Below are positions 39,240 to 51,864 of a stretch of DNA of 64,000 nt, piece after piece (positions within the stretch are counted from its first letter, which is position 1; each line of letters opens with the position of its first letter). Both the position numbers and the translations under genes were made by a program. The notes below the pieces were generated by a model. The model had not been told where the DNA came from. It did no database searches and saw only the letters and a program-made list of their open reading frames with translations. This DNA is from Lama glama (taxonomy: Eukaryota). Location of the stretch: assembly GCA_028534125.1 (NCBI GenBank), contig CM052817.1:86802001-86866000 (forward strand), in the 5' to 3' direction.

Positions 39240-40062
39240 ACAACCATAAGCAAAAGGATGAAACTGGGCCACTGCCTACACTACAGACAAAAATTATCTC
39301 AAAATGGATTAAAGACTTAAACATAAGACCTGAAAGCATAAAACTCCTAGAAGAATATATAGCCAGTTAGCTCCTTGACATAGGTCTCAGTGATGAGTTT
39401 TTGAATCTGATATCAAAAACAAAAGCAAGAAAAGCAAAAATAAACAAGTGGGACTACATCAAACTAAAAAACTTCTGCACAGCAAAGGAAATCATCAACA
39501 AAACAAGAAAGTATCCTACGAATGGTAGAAAATATTTTCAAATTATATATCTGATAAGAAGCTAATATCCAAAGCATATAAAGAACTCATAAACTCAATA
39601 GCAAAAAAAGAAACAATCCAATTAAAAAATGGGCAGAAGATCTGAATAGACTTTTTTTCCAATAAGTCATAATAATGGTCAGTAGGCACATGAAAAGATG
39701 CTCTACATCATTAATCATCAGGGAAATAAAAATCAAAACCACAATGAGGTATTACCTCATGCCTTTTAGAATGGCTGTTATCAAAAAGACTGGAAATAAC
39801 AAGTGTTGATGAGGATGTAGGAGAGAAAGGAACCCTTGTGTACTGCTGGTGAGACTGGGAATTGTGCAGCCACCAAGGAAAACAGTATGGAGGTTCCTCA
39901 AAAATAACTAAAACCAGAACTACCATATGATCCAGCAATTCCACTGCTGGGTATTTATCCAAAGAAAACAAAAACACTAACTTGAAAAGCTATCTGCATT
40001 CTCATGTTCCTGGCAGCATTATTTACAGCAGTCAAGATATGAAAACAACCTGTGTCCATATA
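39240..40062 (+). mobile_element. L1 ORF2 C-terminal fragment (L1MA9/10-like), no 3' UTR or tail
   Basis: It translates to KWDYIKLKNFCTAKEII and contains ccatatgatccagcaattccactgctgggtatttatcc. It stops abruptly after acaacctgtgtcca. Confidence 0.92.
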
Positions 40063-40551
40063 TAATGTATTATATGTAATGAATAACTTTAAAGAAATAG
40101 AATGCTTTCTTAAAGAACAAAAATATCTAACTGAAGTTTGTATCTATAATACAGAAATTTAGAGGAACAAAATTTTTACTGTTTTTTAAGATTTTATTTT
40201 ACAAGGACTGTCACCTACACATACATATTTTTTCACTAATGAGATCGCAAGGTAAGCATTAAAACCCTCAAAGGGAAATCAGGATTAAAAGATGTTCTAA
40301 GGTCATTATAAAAGGCAATTCATATCCTAGCACCAATGATCTTAAGCCCACCAAGGGATTCATCTTCTACACCAGGGTCAACAAAGCTCAAAGACTGTTT
40401 AGTTCTATCCTAATGGTAAGGGGAAAATTGAAAAGTGGAAGTACTTTCTTGAAAATCTGATTCTATTTGTCCATGGGTGTGTGTGTGTGAGGATCTTTCA
40501 TGTGCAGTCAAATACTAGTATTCTGTGCAGACAGAGCAGATATTTGATGGG

Positions 40552-40555
<4 letters not shown>

Positions 40556-40605
<50 letters not shown>
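40556..40605. repeat. (CA)25 microsatellite
   Basis: Read directly. Confidence 0.97.
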
Positions 40606-40607
<2 letters not shown>

Positions 40608-40824
40608 GATGATTTGAAGTAATTGAAAAGCTGTTAAAATGCTTTTTCTGAAAAAGCTTTTTCTAGAAACTATACTTGTTTTGGGCTGCAAGTCCAGTTT
40701 CTGCATCAGAGAATATACAAGAAACATATAATAAGGCAAGATACTGTACTGAGAATTATAGGAAATGACTAAGTCAGTACCATAAAAAGAATACAATTTC
40801 TTTGGATGAGATGTTAGGAGAAAT

Positions 40825-40910
40825 AACTATGAACTGGGTTATCTCCAGCACTAAAAAGAAAAATTCCAGCATATGGTTGGTACTCAATAAATACTTTTAA
40901 AGAATAAAAA
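40825..40910 (+). mobile_element. L2 3' terminal fragment
   Basis: tatctccagcactaa..catatggttggtactcaataaatact. Confidence 0.6.
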
Positions 40911-43900
40911 GACAAAGATTTTAAGAGTATCTAGGTTAAAAAATGTGCTGAAAAAAATTTTAATTGAAATGGAAAACAAAAGTTAGTAAAATTCAATAGA
41001 CTCAGTTCCCATATAAAATGTATAGGAACCATTTCCTGGAACACTTTATTTTTGCTCCTTTCTCCCTTCATAGATTAGGCAATATATATCTACATTGTAT
41101 TGAGATTATCAAGTGCTTTTCAAAATGCTTCATTAGTCAGTGAGATGTATTAGTCATTTCAATTTTATTTATAAACTTAAAATTCTATGCTATCTAAGCA
41201 GGCTACCTTAACTTTGTGAATTATGTGCTATTATTTCACTTATAATAATGCATAAGACTTTTTCAATGATTTAGTAAAGACAGTATTTTCCAAGGGAAAA
41301 AGGGACAATAGAGAGGATTGGTTATAACCTGCCATCATCATCACCATCACTCACAAATGCATATGTTGTGAGCTTATTTGCACATGATGCTTTGCCAGGT
41401 GCTTCTTCAAACACCTTATTTAGTGAATAAATCAGCAGATGGATGATAGCAGTCTTCCCGAAAACAATCCAACTTAAAAACAATATTGAAATATATGGTT
41501 ATGCAAGAAAACACTTGCCTTAAAAATTCAGGATATTATGGGAATTCAATGTAGACATTCAAGACTAAGTACAATATAAAAGCATGCACTATACTTTGAG
41601 AGCGATACTTATCAGAGAGCTCCTACTCTCCTAAAGTCCTTTTGCATTTACTAGAAACAAATTAGAGCTGAAAAGTAACTTTTTCCCCCCAAAATATTCC
41701 ATTCATTGAACTTTTATTTATACAGAGCTTTGAATCTGGTAAGAGTTCAATGCAAATCGTTCAAGTAGCATGTCCTTTTGCAAAGCTCTAGGATTTAGTT
41801 TCAATTTTTCCTCAAACAAGCCTCTTCCTTTGCTATCTCAGTTTTCCTTTTCAGTATGTCAAATAGAAAATCGCAAAATAGAAAGAAAATAGCCTGGATT
41901 TTTCATGGCACTAAATACCAGCCCCGATTCTATTTTCCCTAGACTTAAGGGGAAGAAAAGTATCTGAGAGGACAGAACTTTCCCCCTTCTTACCATACAA
42001 TACTTTTGTCTCATCAGCCATAAGTCAGGCCCAGACCTGTTTAAAATGTGTGTCCTTATTTTCTTACCTAGGTTCCGTTCTTATTCATACTTCAGAGCTT
42101 CATTATTTTTTCTGAGAATTGCACAAAACTAAAGAATTGAAAATCAAGCCCTATCAACTCTGTTTATTATTGGTACAAATTTTTACTCTATAAATACCAA
42201 TTTCTAAAAATTATGACACACATTTTCTAAACAGGTGTCAAACTGATAGAGTGTGCCACCAAAGTATTCGAATGCAATAATCTTCTACAGCAAGGAGGCC
42301 ACTTTCATTCCTTTGTGATTTTCCAACTGTTCACTGACTACAAACGTTGGAAAGCTGACATTCCTGTATCCCCCGTTTCCAGGGTCACCAGCACACACAT
42401 AAGGCAAATACAGTGGCTCTCACTCCACCCTTATTTATATAAGAAGTTTTTTTAAATGTTGTCTCTGGTTATCAGTATAGTGAGCACGGCATTGTCCTTA
42501 ACCAGTAAAATTGGTTTCTCCTCTTTCTTCCCTACCAGGAAATCACTCCCACCATCTGAGAATTTTGTACAGAGAGATTGAGCAGGAAGAGGAACGATTT
42601 TCTCTCTCTCTGGTGAAAAAAAGAACAGCGTGAGTGAGAAGAAGACCTTCCTCCCTGTTTGTTTTGAACGTTCATTCAGCAAAGAGAAACGTAACGGTTG
42701 GAGTTGCTGCACCATCTTGTGACCATTTGGGATGTGAAGTCATCTAAAATTTGAAATATACATATAAAGCATACAGAGAAAAACAACCCAATACATAAGT
42801 TCATAAGCTAATGAGTTTTCAATTAAAATATGAAGTAATTAAGGCAAATGCTAAATTTTATCTTTTCCCCCTAGAATTAGTGATACATGCACTCTGTAAA
42901 AATTATTTCCATAAATCCAAGTAAGAGAATTATTTCAACCAAAGTATAACCTGGGTGCTAAGAGTCCATTTCCTTGTGTATTACACAGATACACACAGAA
43001 AACCATGATTCCCACAACTTAAGTAATAAGTCACCTACTTTATAAATTTCATGGATGTGGTTTTCTTTTTGTGCTGTGGTGTAGACATCTCTATATAACT
43101 TAGAATAAAACTTTTTCTCCAAGAGCCTGTGCTAGAATTAATTACTTTTGACAGCAACCTTATAGCATCTTATGATCAGAAATGAATTAAGGGTTGGCTA
43201 AAACTGTGACATTAATTTCATCAATTTTGTATCACTCAATGTTAATTCCATATCACTTTCTGAAATACTCCCTTGCTTTCTATGTATGTCTGACTACATC
43301 CTAATAAAACTTAGATAACTTCAGGAATAGAAAACTTCCTTATTCTCTGCTCCCACCACCGTATCTTCTAAAAGTGCAGAATCTAAAACAAATCTAAACT
43401 ATTGAAACATTTTGCTATGCAATTTAAATTAATTATTTAACCAAAATGAATAGATTGTATATCTGCCAAAATCTTTAAATTGCAATAACATAATCATACA
43501 ATTATTTATATTTATAAAGTTTTCTCCAAATGTTCCTCATTACCGAAGAACACTGAAAAGAGGAAATCAATTACCAAGTTTACTGTTATTACTATTTTAG
43601 GAAATAGTTACAATGCAAACACTCAATATGTTCCTTTCCTTTCCTCATCTTTCTTATGACCATTTTCAAATTACAAGAAAGTTGCCATAGTGACCAGGGT
43701 TAACTTGTTTAAATATACTAAGCTCTATCACATGCATTTTAAAAGGCAAACTCATTTCACTGTGTTGAGAGATCAGTCTGATCTCTGATCTCCCTAAGAC
43801 ATTTGGACAGATGATTATAGCTGTTCAGTCAATGCATGAGCCACATCACTGCCAAGACTTCCCCCCTGCAGTCATGGATTAGTGACCTCTGGGCAGCTGC

Positions 43901-44924
43901 CTATGCAAGAACGAAAAGATGCATGTGTCTCTGTCTGAAATCCTCTGTAGTCATTCTAATTGACTGCAGTGATATCTACTGGTGACAGTGGGAAGAGCTG
44001 ACAGCTGCAGGCCCTCTTGTTGCAGCCAAAAAGCCACTCTTGTGGAGATCTTAGAGGAGTATATTAAGTACTTTCACTAGCTCAGCTGGTGAAGTTACTT
44101 TAGCTCACTTGGCATGAGCACTGGCCTGAGAATAGTAAATCAGCTCTTAAAAGTATCTTCTTGTCATCTGAATTGTAAATGTTCAGTGAGCTAATACTAA
44201 TCCTCTTTTATAAATAGAACTGACCCTTTAGTGCTTTAGTGTCATCGAGAAACATTTTCTCTCATTTTGCTAACTTTTCTTTTCCTTTGCTTAACCCCAC
44301 CTGCCTGTCTACACACAGTAAGCAGAAAATCTTAGAACAGCTCAAGATTAGATATCATATAAGAGGACCACAGGTGAACAATCGAATACTTTAGTGTGCT
44401 GGTCTTCCACAGTAAAATGCAGGCAAGAGCTAAACTTTACATTGTTTGTCGAGAAGAGTAGGGAAAAAAATATCCACTGACAGAAAACTTAGAGCAAATG
44501 AAACATATTGGTAGGTAACTCACAAAGTGCTACCATTTTTAAGTGACATATACTGTCAGACTTTCCCACCACATTATCTGAAGCTGTTCATGAAGCTCTA
44601 GTTTAGACGCATTAAGGATATAACAGAAGTTCATTATTTTTAATATACTGTAATTCATCACTGGGAATAAACTGTTCCGCCCAATTAGAATGATTCAGCC
44701 CTGCTTCAGGCTTAATCGAATCTACGTTTACACATCTCCATTATGTAACAATACATAACATACTCCTCCATACACAATCACAAACATTGACAAAATATAT
44801 GAAGACTCTGAAGTCCTGCTTTTAATAGGCAATTACTAGAGGCACAAAACTTCAAGTTTTCCAGCAAAGAAACAGAGAAGCTAACTGAATTTTTTCTTGC
44901 TTGAAATATTTGACAGAATGGGCT

Positions 44925-45025
44925 GTGTTTTATTGCCTGTTACAGACCCAGTGCCTTGAACACAGAACAGCAGAAACAGTAGATGCTTAATAATTCACTG
45001 CCAAATTTAAAAAAATGAATAAATG
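44925..45025 (+). mobile_element. L2 3' terminal fragment
   Basis: cccagtgccttgaacacag..acagtagatgcttaataatt..aatgaataaatga. Confidence 0.7.
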
Positions 45026-46294
45026 ACATTTATAAGTAACAACATATTCTGACCATTTCTGAACTTAACTGGAGAGTAAAATTGACAAAATCTAATCTGG
45101 ATGGTACAGTGAAATCTACAAAAAATGAAATAATTTATCTATCCTTCCCAAGATGACTTTATAAATAAATTTAATTGCTTGTTTTATCTAATTAGAAAAT
45201 CTCTAAATATCCCAAAGATTATTAAGTTTCTCTCATTCATCATATTTTAATATTATCAAAGTGTTATAAATTACATGGTTTAAGTATTTTACTAACATAG
45301 TTCTGTTTAGGATAAGTAATATTTTCTCATTAAAACCTTCTTTGTTATTTTTCCCAAAAACTGTGAATCCCATTTTTCAGATATAGATCTTGTTATCTGG
45401 CTTAATTTCAAATTAATATGCTTATAATACTTTTTCTCTATAGGAAAATCAGCGTAAGTCACTTCTGCACTGAAACAGGTTTACAAAAGGATAAATTAAA
45501 TCCCTTACAGCATGTAATTATATACAGTATCACCATGAGGAGTAAGTTGGACTTTAAGCTGGGTTTTGATTTTGTCTTCCCAAAACCAGTACCACAAAGG
45601 TTTCCAGTATGGCTCATTTTTAAACATGGTCATTTAAAATATTCTCAATACTGCTTCCTTGACAATGTTTATTTACTTTGCCAAGCTCAGGTGCCCTCAG
45701 GAACACCTTCCCTTGCAGATGCTAAAGATCACAAACAGTTTGAATAGGATAAAAATAAGAAATAGTGGCTGCAAGACAGAGAAGGCAGCTTGGTCTTCTC
45801 CCGGTAGCACAAATTGCCTCACATACCAAGATGCCATCTACGTGTCTTAGGCCACTCACGATGAAAACGCAAACAAGAAATGTCTATGGATCATACTGAG
45901 ACATGTTTAAAAATTATTTGGTGGGGGCTCCAGACCTGCTGAATTGCTTAATTGCTCAAATTTAACTCTCCAGAATTATTTCTTATTATATTGGCTTATA
46001 ATGACAGCAAAATAGAAATTAAAATGCAGAAAAGCATCCAGGCCGTAAACTGAATAAAACTCAAAGGAATAATATGTACAGACCACTCGTGTGCTTTTTA
46101 GAATCCTGGCTGCAGCCTAGGTCTTATCTCTCCTACTATGTGTGCTTAGTGTCATATTAATAATAGAATTTCACAACTGAAAGTTTATATGAAAAGTTTG
46201 TTAACTCTACAGTTCCTGCCAATTTATAATTCATTTTCTGGTATCATAATTATCTGTAGTTAATCAAAACACATGCATTATTTTTCTAAAAGGT

Positions 46295-46545
46295 GCCATG
46301 GTGTATTGACTATAATTTACGTTTTGTTATCAGAGAGTCCGAGCTTGAACCTAGGGTTCTCTTAGTTACTCTGTGCAATTACTAAATCCTCTGAATCTGT
46401 TACCCACCTACAGATATAGATAATCTCTTTAATTGAGCATTGGTATAATATCTTTAATTGAACATCTGTATAACTCCTTCAGTTGAACATTTCTATATAT
46501 TTATGTTAATAATAAATGCATTAAATTAATAACAATAATAATAAA
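46295..46545 (+). mobile_element. MIR fragment containing a 25-bp x3 minisatellite
   Basis: gagcttgaacctagg..cttagttactctgtgcaattactaaatcctctgaatctgtt, followed by the tandem units. Confidence 0.55.
46420..46494. repeat. Diverged 25-bp tandem repeat, 3 copies
   Basis: ataatctctttaattgagcattggt / ataatatctttaattgaacatctgt / ataactccttcagttgaacatttct. Confidence 0.9.
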
Positions 46546-47460
46546 GTTGTGATTATTTCATGACGAGACATCTTTGGGACTTGATAAAGAAAATCAGTTC
46601 TAATGTTGAGGTCTACAGGGTATTTCATCAATCATTCATTCCATCATTTAGGAAAGTTATAACTGAAGATGGCATCAAAAAAATTACGTTGTCAAATGTG
46701 CACAACCTAAGAAACTCATCCTTCCACCAGTCCACAGTAACACACACAACTCTGGGATACAAACTGTTTGCAATTATAAATTTTCAATATGGATTGCCAA
46801 GGAGGTGTGTTACACCATTCTTTTGGAAAAATAATTTGCAAAGCATCACTATTTACCTTTTTTCCGCAGGAGGTGGAAAGCATGGGTTTCGTGGTAAACC
46901 AAGAACACACTATGTTTCTCACTTTTAAATTTTTAGTGTGAATTGACTAATAGAAAAGCCTGAAGAAGTCCTGCGATAAAAATGTATTTTATCATAAACA
47001 CTTGAGTGGTACAGCTACAGAAATGCTGCTTTATAGACATCAAAGAAACAGAAACACAAGATTAAGAAAAACGGTGGAAACAAAGTCTCTTATAGGATTA
47101 ACTGATATCTAAAAATACTCAATTTATTTCAAGAAAAATATATAAGCTTATTTGACTGAGTTCCAACTCTCATACTTACATCAAAATGATTATTTTGGCT
47201 CAAATAGATAAAAATCACGAGTAATCACATCAATGACTATACTGAACAGATATCTGAACAACATAATGAAGCATAATTTCAAGTTATGAAGAACCAAAGA
47301 TTGTAAAAGTTTAAAACAGGACATGTTTGCGTACATTAGCCCATATGTCATGAATCCACTTTTAAAGGGCTCTGCAAATTGGCATCTGCAATCCAGTAAA
47401 TACCGTAAAGTATTGTTTACGGTGGTCCTTAGGGTTTGTGTCGTATACAGTAGTTTCTTC

Positions 47461-48037
47461 TGTTACATCAGTAGAGAAAATATCATACACTGAGACTACG
47501 GTTATCTTTGAACATGAAAAACAATTAATGGGAAAGACAGGACATCTGGCAGGGGGACAATCCCAACCTAAGAAGATAAGGAAAAACAGCAAGATGACCT
47601 TAAGAGGCAAGCAGGTAAGCTTACCACTAGTTTACAGTGCTAAACCTCATGGGAGCCAGCAAAACAGTTTGTTACCCACAACACAACAAACAGCAGGAAC
47701 ATGAGTATGGTAATGCAGGCTTTTCTGAGCCAGAGTCCCAAGGGGAGGGAAGACCCAGATAGAGAGTCTCTCTACACCAGGGGGGTTGGGCCACAGCAGA
47801 GGAGCCAGGTTCAAGGGCTCAGCACTTTTTGTCACAAGCAGCACAAAAGCCAGTCCGTGCCCGAGGTGGGGCGGGGAGTTGCCTAGTAGTCACACGTGGT
47901 TTCCTTGACCTTTAAGTGTCTGTGTGATGAGCTAGTGAAACTGCTCATTATCAGGAAATATTTGAAACTTGTCTGATACACCAGCTAGGATGTACAAGGA
48001 CACCACTCAGGAACCATGGAGGACTGCTCTCTTAACA
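47461..48037 (-). mobile_element. Probable ERVL-class solo LTR (family unresolved)
   Basis: A GC-richer 577-bp block. The minus strand starts TGTTAAGAGAGCAGTCCTCCATGG (reminiscent of LTR40-type starts) and ends ..GATGTAACA, giving TGTTA/TAACA inverted termini. No TSD is readable. Confidence 0.6.
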
Positions 48038-48559
48038 AAAGCAATGTCTGAATCAAAGTAATACAAAGAAATTAGACTCTGTAACACATTTGCTGCAATT
48101 AAAAAAAAATGGTTAGTGTGATAGTTGGTAACCGTATCAGATTAACTGTTAGCTATAGCTTTAACTTAGTTTTTTTTTCACCCATCAAAGTAGAATGTTC
48201 TTAATTTATTTTTCAATTTTTGGATTTTAGGGCAGTGATCTACCTGTTTAGATATGACCTAATTTACAGACTAAATTAGAAACTATAAACATTCTTTCAT
48301 CATAACCCTTTATTTAATATTTACATAATGATGCATCACTATAAGAATTCTGTAAAAGGAAGCTCTCTATCTGAGCCTCAATTCAGGTAAGTTTAGGTGA
48401 AAGTTGGGTTATGGCCCAGTTATTTCCCAGATGGTAGGGTAAGTCAAGCTATTATAAACTGAAGTTTTATTATCTATTGGCAAAATGTTATAAATGTCAT
48501 ACTATAAAAGGTCTGATTTTATGAAAATGCTAATCATGATATCCAACATTAAATTAAAT

Positions 48560-48910
48560 AGCCTTTGCAAACATTTATGTACCAAAAGATAGACAAACAA
48601 CATTTGAGGGTTTTTATTCCATTATATCATGAATGTCCCTTTAGTATTCACAGTCTGGTGAAGGATACATACATCTGCGTAAGTACCTTTGGTGCGTACT
48701 ACAGAGTGCTAAGAGACCGAAGAGGATGTTAGTGATTGTAATCGAATGTGAAAAGGGAGTAGTTTGTTATCACAACAAAATCTAACAAACAAATGTATTT
48801 GGTTCAGTTTAACATGTCACGTCTGAGTTATTTATTGAGAACTTGAAAGAAAATATCCAATAGGAAGTCAGCTGGGTACAGAAGGTACAGAAATATTAAG
48901 AGGCAAAGGA
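48560..48910 (-). mobile_element. L2 3' portion
   Basis: gcaaacatttatgtacc..tgtccctttagtattcacagtctggtgaagga..tattgagaacttgaaagaaaat. Confidence 0.5.
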
Positions 48911-51495
48911 TAAAGATCACAAAAGAAGAATGTACCTCTCAAACTGTTTTGTCAATAGGAAAGAGGATTCTTAAATAAATGCCTTTTTCTTGAAACTACA
49001 TTAAGAAGTCATCTGCCACACATCTGTCTGAAGAAGAGGGTGTGAGAGTACAGGGCTAAATTTCAGCTCCCAAAGTGAAAAACTTTTTTGGCTCCAAGAA
49101 AAGCTAACACAGGAAAGCATGTAACTGAGATGATGACTAGACTTGTACTCAGTGAATGAGCCTCATACAATAATGACTCTTGGAAACTCTACTTTACATC
49201 ATTATACCCACAATTTCTCTAGAATTATTAGTACCTTGGGATTTTTTTTTTTAACTTGGAAGAGTAATCCAAAGTGCCATCGGAAAAGTAGTTGACTCAG
49301 TTTTATTCATGACATAAAGTGTTAAGATGTCGGGCTCTAAGACATTCTGACTTTCATTTGATTTCAATCTATTGCAGCCTTAAGCATGAGGTGGGTGATA
49401 GCAGCCCTCTGAAACTTTTCTGTGTGAGTTCACAACTTTAAAGTGTTCCAGTATCTTCTTATTAAGCAAGTTAAGCTCTTATTCTATCAGTAATGTGGAT
49501 TAATTTTATCTTTTACCCACCCTATGACCTTCCAGGATTACTTCAGCTGTAAGAGAATGAACCATTTAGGGAATGATAACCTTGCCAGAAGCATAGTTCA
49601 TCTCAGTTCCTGGGTCATTTATGCAAACCATTTTCTTCCACTGTAAATATCCAAGTTAACAGGCAATTTCTAGAGGGTGCATGGCCTGTCTTTTTTTACA
49701 GAAGTCACAAGTATGCCTGAACATATTTTACTTACCCCCTAACACTTAAGGAATCAAAAATTGAAAACAAAAAGGCTTCAAGGGTTTGTTATTCATTAGC
49801 ACATTCAGAAAAGAACAATGTCTTCTTTATTTCTGTATCTTCAATGTCTAGCCAGGACAAGGCACATGATAATAAGCATTAAAGAAAAGACTGAAGAATG
49901 CCTTTCTCAGCCACTGCAGTTCAGTAATGTATGCAAGGATGTATAATTGCACGTGAGAAGTGCTTGAGGATACATGGCAAAGATCAGATTTAGCCAGTGC
50001 TACTAATGAGCTGATTAATAAAAATAAGTTTGAGACAGAGACATATAATTTGAGATGTAGACAAGTTTTGAGTCCAAAACTAGATATCCAACCAGGGATT
50101 TTTGCAAGGGTGTGTTCAAGCTTTACAAGCTAAACAGTGCTGTGCAGAAAACCAAGTTATCTTAGAGAGATGAGGCAGGGTACCGCTTACACAGCATGCA
50201 CTGAAGGTCAACTTTCAGAAATTCAAACTAAAAAGTAAATCACCAAGAGAAGATTCCAAATGTACAGCATGGGTCTGATTTTGATATTTGATCTGCGTGT
50301 TAAGTATACAGGTGAAAAATAATTAGGTAGGAATGTCTCAAGATTAAGAATGATGGGCAGAATCAAACAAGAGAATAGGATTCTTGCATTGTAGTGGTCT
50401 TTCTATATACACCATCAAATGTCTGCTCCACAGAACAAGGTGTGTTTCAGTAAACGCTACTCGTAATGGAAGAGGAATACACTTTCTGGAGAGATCTCAA
50501 AAGTCTTCCAGTTGGATTTTAGGGGAGAAATATCTCTGCAGTTTATTTTCTCTTGTAATTGTTCTGTTTAAGAATATATGAATAGTGTGTGTCTGGATAG
50601 TTTATATGGTTACTAAATAGGCCAATATTTTTTAAATGAATTTTAACTTTTAAATTTAATTAAAGCACTAAGCTTTAGACTTAATTTGTCATAGCCATTT
50701 TATGGAAATGGATATTATAATTAATAAATGTGTACAATCTGCATAAATGTAAATGTAGCTCCATTTTACCACCAAAGGTTCCATATTTTGTCTTCACTTT
50801 GAAGGTGATAAGTAATAAAATTTGCAGAGATGGGAAAAAAAGAAAAAGAATGTAGTAGACTAGAAAAATACCTGGATAGAATAAAGAATTCTGCAGATCT
50901 CTGTATATCTTGGAACACCAAAAACTAACTATGACTCTAGATGAAAGAGGAAGAAAGCTAAGTTAATTGACATATTGTTAATTATGTCATATATGATACT
51001 TTGTGATCATAGGAATTCTTTTAAAAAGAAACTATTATTTCCAAACAATATAACTGCAGTTCAGAATGCTCAAGGAAATTGTGCAGAATCACATAGCTAG
51101 AAAGCAAAAAGAGTTTTGATATAAACCTACCTCTCTCTTACTATTTTATTCATGCAGCAAGCATTTATTAATAATCTCAAGTAAGGCCGGGAACTGCTCT
51201 AGGTAAATACAGATCCAATAAACTTTGAAGTTTCCTGTTTTATTTTCTTAGGTAAATCATTTAACCTTTTTGATTGTCAGTCTCTCCATCCATGAGTGCA
51301 GATAATTCTATCTCCCACAAGAAGTTAAATGATATACATGAAATTGTTTTATAAATTATAAAGTGCTATTCAAATATTAGTTTAAAGTAAATAATTGGTT
51401 TCATGTTTTTATATTAGCATAGGCAAATATTTGTACCCACTGTGGCCAGGATACAGAATAGAATTTAGGGAAAGCATTAAACAATTGCATCTGAT

Positions 51496-51864
51496 TGTCC
51501 GTGTCCATTGGGCTGCTATAACAAAATACTACTGATTGGGTGACGTATAAACAACAAAAATTGATTTCTCACAGTTCTGGAGGCTGGGAGGTCCAAGATC
51601 AAAATGTTGGCAGATACAGTGTCTGGTGAGAGAGCCTGTTTTCATACTCAGAGTCAGCAATTTTTTTGCTGTGACCTCACATGACAAAAGGGACTAGAAA
51701 ACCTCTGTGTGGTCCCTTTTGTAAGGGCAGGCACTAATCTCAATCATGGAGGCTCCACCCTTATGACCCAATCACCTTCCAAAGGCCCCACCTTCTAATA
51801 CTACTTTGGGTAATGGGTTTTGAACATGAATTTGGGGAGGACACAAAACATTTAAACCACAACA
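51496..51864 (-). mobile_element. MaLR LTR, MLT1A/A0-like, full length
   Basis: 369 bp with TG..CA ends; gggctgctataacaaaatac..tttctcacagttctggaggctgggaggtccaagatcaa..ggctccacccttatgacccaatcaccttccaaaggccccacct..catgaatttggggaggacacaa. Confidence 0.93.

Noticed and set aside
39711..39977. 88-aa minus-strand ORF
   Set aside because: Antisense of the L1 ORF2 3' region.
46420..46494. CRISPR-like repeated units
   Set aside because: The units are contiguous with no spacers and the DNA is mammalian; it is a minisatellite.
46560..46928. 122-aa ATG-initiated plus-strand ORF in mostly unique DNA
   Set aside because: No recognisable homology, promoter or gene structure, and a length compatible with chance. 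Only the embedded microexon-like signal is kept as a low-confidence finding.
48231..48386. Plus-strand acceptor and perfect CAG|GTAAGT donor pair
   Set aside because: The intervening sequence is very AT-rich and stop-rich; it looks like a chance pseudo-exon.
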